The notes below the pieces were generated by a model that was not told the origin of the DNA, ran no database searches, and worked only from the letters and a program-made list of their open reading frames with translations. Shown one piece after another: positions 35,506 through 40,357 of a stretch of 40,357 nucleotides of DNA. Made by a program: the position numbers and the translations under genes. Source of the stretch: a virus (taxonomy: Duplodnaviria > Caudoviricetes); IMG/VR virus record IMGVR_UViG_3300006879_000007, positions 1 through 40,357 of that record. The stretch is one strand, 5' to 3'. Each line of letters opens with the position of its first letter. Position 1 is the first letter of the stretch.

Positions 35506-35519
35506 TTGGATACCCTCCC

Positions 35520-35612
35520 TTAACAATTGATCAATGCCCAATATAAAAAAGCTAATGTTGCTGCAAAAGAAATCAAATAAGTCCATTTGGATTTCACAAT
35601 TCTTTCAATCAA
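35520..35612 (-). CDS. 30-aa hydrophobic peptide, not in the ORF track
   Basis: AGGAGGGG RBS, TTG start; MIERIVKSKWTYLISFAATLAFLYWALINC. Confidence 0.6.
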   Translation of the reverse strand: MIERIVKSKWTYLISFAATLAFLYWALINC

Positions 35613-35622
35613 AAAACCCCTC

Positions 35623-35889
35623 CTAAAATATTGTTGCAATTACATTCGTTGCTACATCCAATATGTTTTGCATAACATTCAGTCCATCCACTCCGCATAA
35701 GAATGCAACCATAACTTCCTGTGTTTGTGTATTTTGCGTCCATGACTGGAGTATTGATATGCTTGGTTCTTTTGTGCCGTTTTCGTACTTCGATACGTCT
35801 GATTGGTTGATGTGTAATAAATGTGCTAATTCTTCCTGACTTAATCTAGCCCGAGCCCGGCACGCTTTTAATATCGCACCGTAATCCAC
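35623..35889 (-). CDS. XRE-family HTH protein
   Basis: 'LSQEELAHLLHINQSDVSKYENGTKEP'; GTG after GGAGGG. Confidence 0.88.
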   Translation of the reverse strand: MDYGAILKACRARARLSQEELAHLLHINQSDVSKYENGTKEPSISILQSWTQNTQTQEVMVAFLCGVDGLNVMQNILDVATNVIATIF

Positions 35890-35949
35890 TGATCTACCCT
35901 CCTTCCAAGTTCCGAGGTTGTCCACCTAAAAAAGGAGAATGGCTTAAAC

Positions 35950-36114
35950 TTAACCAAGCCTATTCAAATACATATCTTTTGCTTTATCTGGATCAAAGTA
36001 TGGTTCAAATGCCTTTCTAAAACATTCATCAATCGGCATATCACCAAAAGTTTCCTTGCCCAGCTTTAAGTGACTTTTTCTTTTTTTGTTTGTCTTTTTA
36101 TCTTTACTGGACAT
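35950..36114 (-). CDS. Small hypothetical protein
   Basis: GAGGTGA RBS; CATAGGGTA sporulation-type -10 upstream. Confidence 0.6.
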   Translation of the reverse strand: MSSKDKKTNKKRKSHLKLGKETFGDMPIDECFRKAFEPYFDPDKAKDMYLNRLG

Positions 36115-36250
36115 AAAATCACCTCTCCCCATACCCTATGCAACCAGGACAGATGGACTGCCCTATAAATTTAAACTCTCTACATTCCAAATTGGAATAC
36201 TTCTCCAATAAAGGAACGATTATAATTTAAAGTAAGAAAAACAATTTCAA

Positions 36251-36397
36251 CTAAATGCAATCAATAAATTTTAAGAAATCGAGTAGATCTTGAGCCGCAT
36301 CATCTTTTGTGTATTGTTTATCTTCCTTAAGGTTCAAAGCAATCTGTAAAATACCGGTCGAGATTTCCGACCTTTTAAGCAGTTCATTGATGTCCAG
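36251..36397 (-). CDS. 48-codon ORF beginning with CTG, in frame right after the cro stop
   Basis: AAGGAGGTGATC RBS; protein-like sequence LDINELLKRSEISTGILQIALNLKEDKQYTKDDAAQDLLDFLKFIDCI. Confidence 0.45.
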   Translation of the reverse strand: MDINELLKRSEISTGILQIALNLKEDKQYTKDDAAQDLLDFLKFIDCI

Positions 36398-36652
36398 TTA
36401 GATCACCTCCTTCTTGGAATCACTTTGTTCACTTTTGCAAGCATGTTCGATAAAAAAAATATCATTGAAACTTACTTGTAAAAGATCAACAGTTTTTTTC
36501 GCAACTAAAGGCCCGGGATTCCTTGTTCCATTAGCTATCTGATTAGCATATGGTTCAGAAATATTAATAGCCCTACCATAACTACGTTGCGTAAAACCAT
36601 GCATTAACAACAAGGTTTTAAATTCATCAACATTTATTAATTTAATTTTCAT
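36398..36652 (-). CDS. Cro-like HTH protein
   Basis: 'FTQRSYGRAINISEPYANQIANGTRNPG'; divergent from the repressor. Confidence 0.88.
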   Translation of the reverse strand: MKIKLINVDEFKTLLLMHGFTQRSYGRAINISEPYANQIANGTRNPGPLVAKKTVDLLQVSFNDIFFIEHACKSEQSDSKKEVI

Positions 36653-36667
36653 TGTGATCACCCTCCT

Positions 36668-36803
36668 TGCTTGCATTTGTAATCTTGCTGTTGTGATCAT
36701 AATAACTTAATTACATTACAATTGCAAGCACTTTTGTTGTTTTTTTCTTTTAATTATTAAAATATCTATTAGAATGGAGTAAGGGTGATTGCAAATGAAA
36801 GCA
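36668..36803. promoter_or_regulatory. Three 16-bp putative operators (ATTRCAAWTGMAAGCA) in the lysis/lysogeny switch
   Basis: 36668-36683 (inverted), 36715-36730, 36788-36803. Confidence 0.75.
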
Positions 36804-37211
36804 GAAAACTTTGGTGAATATATAAAAGAACAGCGACTTTCTAAAAATTTAACCATTAGACAGCTTGAACTTTACTCAGGAGTATCAAATTCATACTTAT
36901 CCCAATTAGAAAATGGCAAGAGAGGTATTCCTTCTCCAGCTATAATAAAAAAGTTAGCAGCTGGACTTAAAATACCTAACCAAAAGTTATTAAAGCAAGC
37001 CGGTTACGTTGAATTATTAAATATCGAAGAGGACAAATACAACCCTCTCGAGGAAATTAATGAACTTCTTAAAAAATACGACATAGATCAATCCGGATTC
37101 TTTGATATTGAAAAATGGAAAGCGATGGGACCGGATGAAATTAAAGAGCTGGAAAGTTATTTTGAATACATTACGAGTAAGGCGAAGAAGAAGGAACAAC
37201 AAAATGATTAG
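36795..37211 (+). CDS. Phage repressor (ImmR/CI-like XRE)
   Basis: 'LTIRQLELYSGVSNSYLSQLENGKRGIPSP'; terminator at about 37210-37236. Confidence 0.9.
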   Translation: MKAENFGEYIKEQRLSKNLTIRQLELYSGVSNSYLSQLENGKRGIPSPAIIKKLAAGLKIPNQKLLKQAGYVELLNIEEDKYNPLEEINELLKKYDIDQSGFFDIEKWKAMGPDEIKELESYFEYITSKAKKKEQQND

Positions 37212-37304
37212 CATATCAGTATTTGGTATGCTTTTTGTTTGAATTGTGTATAGGTAAATTTACTTATTTATTAACACCATTAAAAACTTTCAGGAGGACT
37301 TATT

Positions 37305-38528
37305 TTGAGTATTGGATATATGGATTTAGAAGATCATCAACACGATAACCTTTTCTATGTACTTGATAAGGCAAACAGCAAGCAAATGTCAATATTGAAG
37401 GAAGAATTCAACGTAAAATTAGGCAAGACTTTAGAAGAAAAAAGAGATCAAATTATTCATTACGTAATGTCTGATACTGTAAATTTCAACTTTTTCACTC
37501 GTTGGCTTTCGCAAGTATATTTAAATCTAAATAACACAATCTATATTTTCGAACCTGAGCACAAGTCTCTTTTCAAAAAATACAATTATAAATATGTTAG
37601 TGCAATTCTTAATGATATTTTATGTCCAGTGTATGAAATACACGCGAATTCTATTATAGATATACAAGTAATTGACTATCAATATATAAATTTAAATAAT
37701 CAAATGATTATTAGCCTAGCTGCTCCTTCTTTAGTTATGGATAATTCGAAAGAAAACCCAACGACTTTTAAAGATGTTTATTTTGGGTATATTATTATTG
37801 ACTATAATAAAGAGCATATTACTCTATCACTGTATCCTCAGCCACATGTTTATTCGATAAATAATATTGAAACATCTAACAGAGATTTAGATAAAGTAGC
37901 CAATAACTTCATTAACTTTTTCAAGAAAAACATCTGGGCCTTTAACTCTACCCCACCTGAATGGATTGTTTTTGCAATGTCTGATATTGTTGATGAATAC
38001 TTTAATCATAATAATCCTTTAATAGATAAAAAACTTGATGAGTTTAAAGAAAACCATATAACAGGTATACTAGATATATTAGAAGAGGCAGAAAAATCCA
38101 TTGATGAATCGAATAAATTAAGATTAAGTTATGCGATTGGAAATGCCTTTGAATCAGAACTTATTGAAATTTATAAAACTCAACCTAATAAAAGTAAATT
38201 TGAAATCTTCTTACACGAAGCAGACAAGGGGATAGTTAGTTTCAAAGCAAACTCTAAAGGTAAACCATTAACCTATGCCGATTCAAGAAATGTGGTTAAA
38301 ATGATGATGGAAAGTTCATATATCTCATCACTTGGAATAACATATAGTGAAGATGAGCATAATTATCCATATAAGATCACTAAATTAAGTACATGTTTTT
38401 GTCTTAAAAGGGCTACTACAGCTTACACCCCAAAGGAGATTGTTGATAATGTTTTATATAACCTTAATGAATATAAAACAAGAAAAGAAACTGAAAATGA
38501 CTCAAGCACAGATCAAGAGTCTAGATGA
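37305..38528 (+). CDS. Unknown 407-aa protein (cargo operon gene 1)
   Basis: AGGAGG RBS, TTG start; AT-rich; no motif recognised. Confidence 0.8.
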   Translation: MSIGYMDLEDHQHDNLFYVLDKANSKQMSILKEEFNVKLGKTLEEKRDQIIHYVMSDTVNFNFFTRWLSQVYLNLNNTIYIFEPEHKSLFKKYNYKYVSAILNDILCPVYEIHANSIIDIQVIDYQYINLNNQMIISLAAPSLVMDNSKENPTTFKDVYFGYIIIDYNKEHITLSLYPQPHVYSINNIETSNRDLDKVANNFINFFKKNIWAFNSTPPEWIVFAMSDIVDEYFNHNNPLIDKKLDEFKENHITGILDILEEAEKSIDESNKLRLSYAIGNAFESELIEIYKTQPNKSKFEIFLHEADKGIVSFKANSKGKPLTYADSRNVVKMMMESSYISSLGITYSEDEHNYPYKITKLSTCFCLKRATTAYTPKEIVDNVLYNLNEYKTRKETENDSSTDQESR

Positions 38529-38853
38529 AATTCTAACAATGTTGCGCGCCGAAGAGAATGTCTCGCCGCACTTCATTGCACATAAGACCCGATTACCACT
38601 TGATGTTATTATTTTAATTTTAAATCAAATGACGGATCGATCAATTCTTCATCTTAATTTTATAATTAAATGTTCTAATGACGATCCCGATTTAATCCAT
38701 GGCTTTGAATTTAATACTAATACTGAATTAATTAACTTTGTTCGAAAGAATAATCTAACTTGTACACATTGTAACTCCAATCTAAACGCAACAGATATAA
38801 GAGTTTCATACTACAAAAAAGACACTTCAAAATTCGGTGAATTGTATGAGTGA
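38497..38853 (+). CDS. Small wHTH-like plus zinc-ribbon protein (cargo operon gene 2)
   Basis: 'VSPHFIAHKTRLPLDVI..IL' HTH-like; C...H...CTHC; overlaps both neighbours. Confidence 0.75.
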   Translation: MTQAQIKSLDEILTMLRAEENVSPHFIAHKTRLPLDVIILILNQMTDRSILHLNFIIKCSNDDPDLIHGFEFNTNTELINFVRKNNLTCTHCNSNLNATDIRVSYYKKDTSKFGELYE

Positions 38854-39610
38854 TTCTATAAGCTACAACCAATTTATTAATAATGCTGATGATAATTTTG
38901 TTTGGCAGGAAATTAAATCTGAAGAAGACAAGAAAATGCTAAATGAGAAATTAGAACTGAGTAAACAGCATTTGATAACTGGAACAAAAAGACAAAAAGG
39001 TGATTCTTTTGAAGATCTAATGAAATTTATTTATGAACGTTTTACTTGTGTAAATTCTATTAGTAATCAATACAAAGGTGATAATCAAATAGATCATATC
39101 ATTGAATTTTTAGATCAAATGACACCAACCTTTATACATTGGAATATTGGTCCGGTCCTTGTTGGCGAAAGCAAAAATCAAAATAAATCTATAGGCAGTA
39201 GAGATGTAGCTGATTTGGCAGAACTCTTAAGATCTAAAAATTCAAATTTAGGTATTTTCACATCTGCTTTACCTTTTAGTAAAGGAAAAACAATGTGGAA
39301 ATATGCTGAAGGAAAAAGAAGAAAAATTGCTTTATCTAACAAAAAATATATTATAGGTTTTACCATTGATGAGTTATCAACATTATTAGACGGTAAAAAC
39401 TTTTACACAATGATTCAACAAAAATACAAAGCTTTAGTAGATGATATAAATGATGATCTAACTAATGAAGGTTGTAATATCCCCTATCAGGATCAACTAC
39501 ATAACTCACTGTACCAATTAAAATCGTTAGAAATTATAACGAATGAAATCTATGAATCTGGTAAAGAAACAATTATTAAGGAATATGGTGAACTAACTAA
39601 TGAAATCTAA
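38846..39610 (+). CDS. PD-(D/E)xK restriction-endonuclease-like (Mrr-cat-like) nuclease (cargo operon gene 3)
   Basis: 'KGDSFEDLM...NQIDH...GESKN...GIFTS' catalytic pattern. Confidence 0.8.
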   Translation: MSDSISYNQFINNADDNFVWQEIKSEEDKKMLNEKLELSKQHLITGTKRQKGDSFEDLMKFIYERFTCVNSISNQYKGDNQIDHIIEFLDQMTPTFIHWNIGPVLVGESKNQNKSIGSRDVADLAELLRSKNSNLGIFTSALPFSKGKTMWKYAEGKRRKIALSNKKYIIGFTIDELSTLLDGKNFYTMIQQKYKALVDDINDDLTNEGCNIPYQDQLHNSLYQLKSLEIITNEIYESGKETIIKEYGELTNEI

Positions 39611-39721
39611 TTAGATATATAACGAGCATAAAATATCGTTAACCATTCTCTTTTACATAAGCTGCACTACAATTTGCTAACTAGTGTAAAGAATATGTAG
39701 TAAAATATTCCACAGGACTAA

Positions 39722-39777
39722 AGGTGTACTTTTCATAGTACACCTATTATAATAGACCCATAAAGAACATACGTTTG
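39722..39777 (+). promoter_or_regulatory. immA promoter region: perfect palindrome, TATAAT and LexA-like box
   Basis: AGGTGTACT-N6-AGTACACCT (39722-39745); TATAAT (39748-39753); GAAC-ATAC-GTTT (39765-39776). Confidence 0.7.
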
Positions 39778-40296
39778 TTATGGGTGGTGAATTTCATTTA
39801 TACAACAACAGCATTAGAAGATTGGGTTACACTTAGATATTCCAAGCAACACATTAAAACATCTTCTGATATCGATATTAAGCGAATTGCGCGTTTCTAT
39901 AGCATTTATATTCATTACAAGCTAATGCCAGCCAGATACGATATATTTGGACGATATAAGGCAATAGTTTTAGATGCTCGTGTTTCGGTTCCGGAACAAC
40001 GTGAGCAGTTTTTCCATGAATTGTGCCACATTCTCCGTCATGTCGGACACCAATCAATGATGCCAAAAGCATTTCGTGAATTGCAGGAATGGGATGCAAA
40101 CCTATTTACAATGTATGCTGCCCTACCCTACTACATGGTCAAGAATTATGATTTTGAAAACCCTTATCTGATTCACGACCTTGCCTATGATTTTAAAGTT
40201 ACTGAGGGATTATGTAAGAAAAGGATGGAGCAAATACAAAGAAATATTTTAGCAAACTCCCCGCTTGTATCTGAAAGGAAAGAAATATATAATTAA
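39775..40296 (+). CDS. immA: ImmA/IrrE-family metallopeptidase (anti-repressor)
   Basis: 'FFHELCHILRH' HExxH plus 'EWDAN'; start uncertain. Confidence 0.9.
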   Translation: MLWVVNFIYTTTALEDWVTLRYSKQHIKTSSDIDIKRIARFYSIYIHYKLMPARYDIFGRYKAIVLDARVSVPEQREQFFHELCHILRHVGHQSMMPKAFRELQEWDANLFTMYAALPYYMVKNYDFENPYLIHDLAYDFKVTEGLCKKRMEQIQRNILANSPLVSERKEIYN

Positions 40297-40324
40297 AGAA
40301 CATTGATATATCAAGGGTTATAGC

Positions 40325-40357
40325 TGTTCGCGAATGGTATACATTACAAATGCTATG
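40325..40357. repeat. Right att junction: attP arm (40325-40344) plus core CAAATGCTATG (40347-40357)
   Basis: Direct repeat of 1-11; inverted partner of 9-28. Confidence 0.9.

Larger units (their letters stand above)
1..40357. mobile_element. Complete temperate siphophage/prophage (HK97-type head, long non-contractile tail, serine integrase)
   Basis: Full ordered module set (immunity, replication, packaging, head, tail, lysis, integrase) bounded by an 11-bp terminal direct repeat. Confidence 0.95.

Noticed and set aside
37305-39610. Classical restriction-modification system
   Set aside because: No SAM-binding or methyltransferase catalytic motifs in the neighbouring genes
36789-40296. Arbitrium or Rap-Phr signalling
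   Set aside because: No TPR-type receptor and no secreted propeptide ORF recognised
1-40357. tRNA, rRNA or IS elements
   Set aside because: No cloverleaf-like segment or transposase recognised by eye; tRNAscan-SE would confirm

Overview
The window is one apparently complete temperate siphophage (prophage) of a spore-forming Bacillaceae host. It is bounded by an 11-bp direct repeat (CAAATGCTATG, 1-11 and 40347-40357) whose flanks rejoin into a 50-bp inverted-repeat attP typical of large serine integrases. Most genes are on the minus strand. From right to left: ImmA-like protease, an AT-rich three-gene cargo operon, repressor/Cro switch, replication (initiator, G39P-like protein, DnaB), small accessory genes, dimeric dUTPase, ArpU plus a short tyrosine recombinase, HNH/terminase/HK97 head, a long non-contractile tail (with an Abi-alpha-like insert, an SGNH protein and a His-rich spike), lysis, a SOS-box-preceded WYL/YolD pair, an FtsK plus Replic_Relax module, and the serine integrase. 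The best novelty candidates are: (1) an uncharacterised three-gene nuclease operon next to the repressor (probable anti-phage system); (2) a short motif repeated exactly at the boundaries of small accessory genes, upstream of an orphan tyrosine recombinase (possible cassette system); (3) an FtsK/Replic_Relax operon with a 12-bp repeat array and a sporulation-type promoter; (4) a terminator/antiterminator RNA switch upstream of arpU; (5) two ~50-nt promoter-terminator small-RNA units. All family assignments are from motif recognition by eye; no database search was run.
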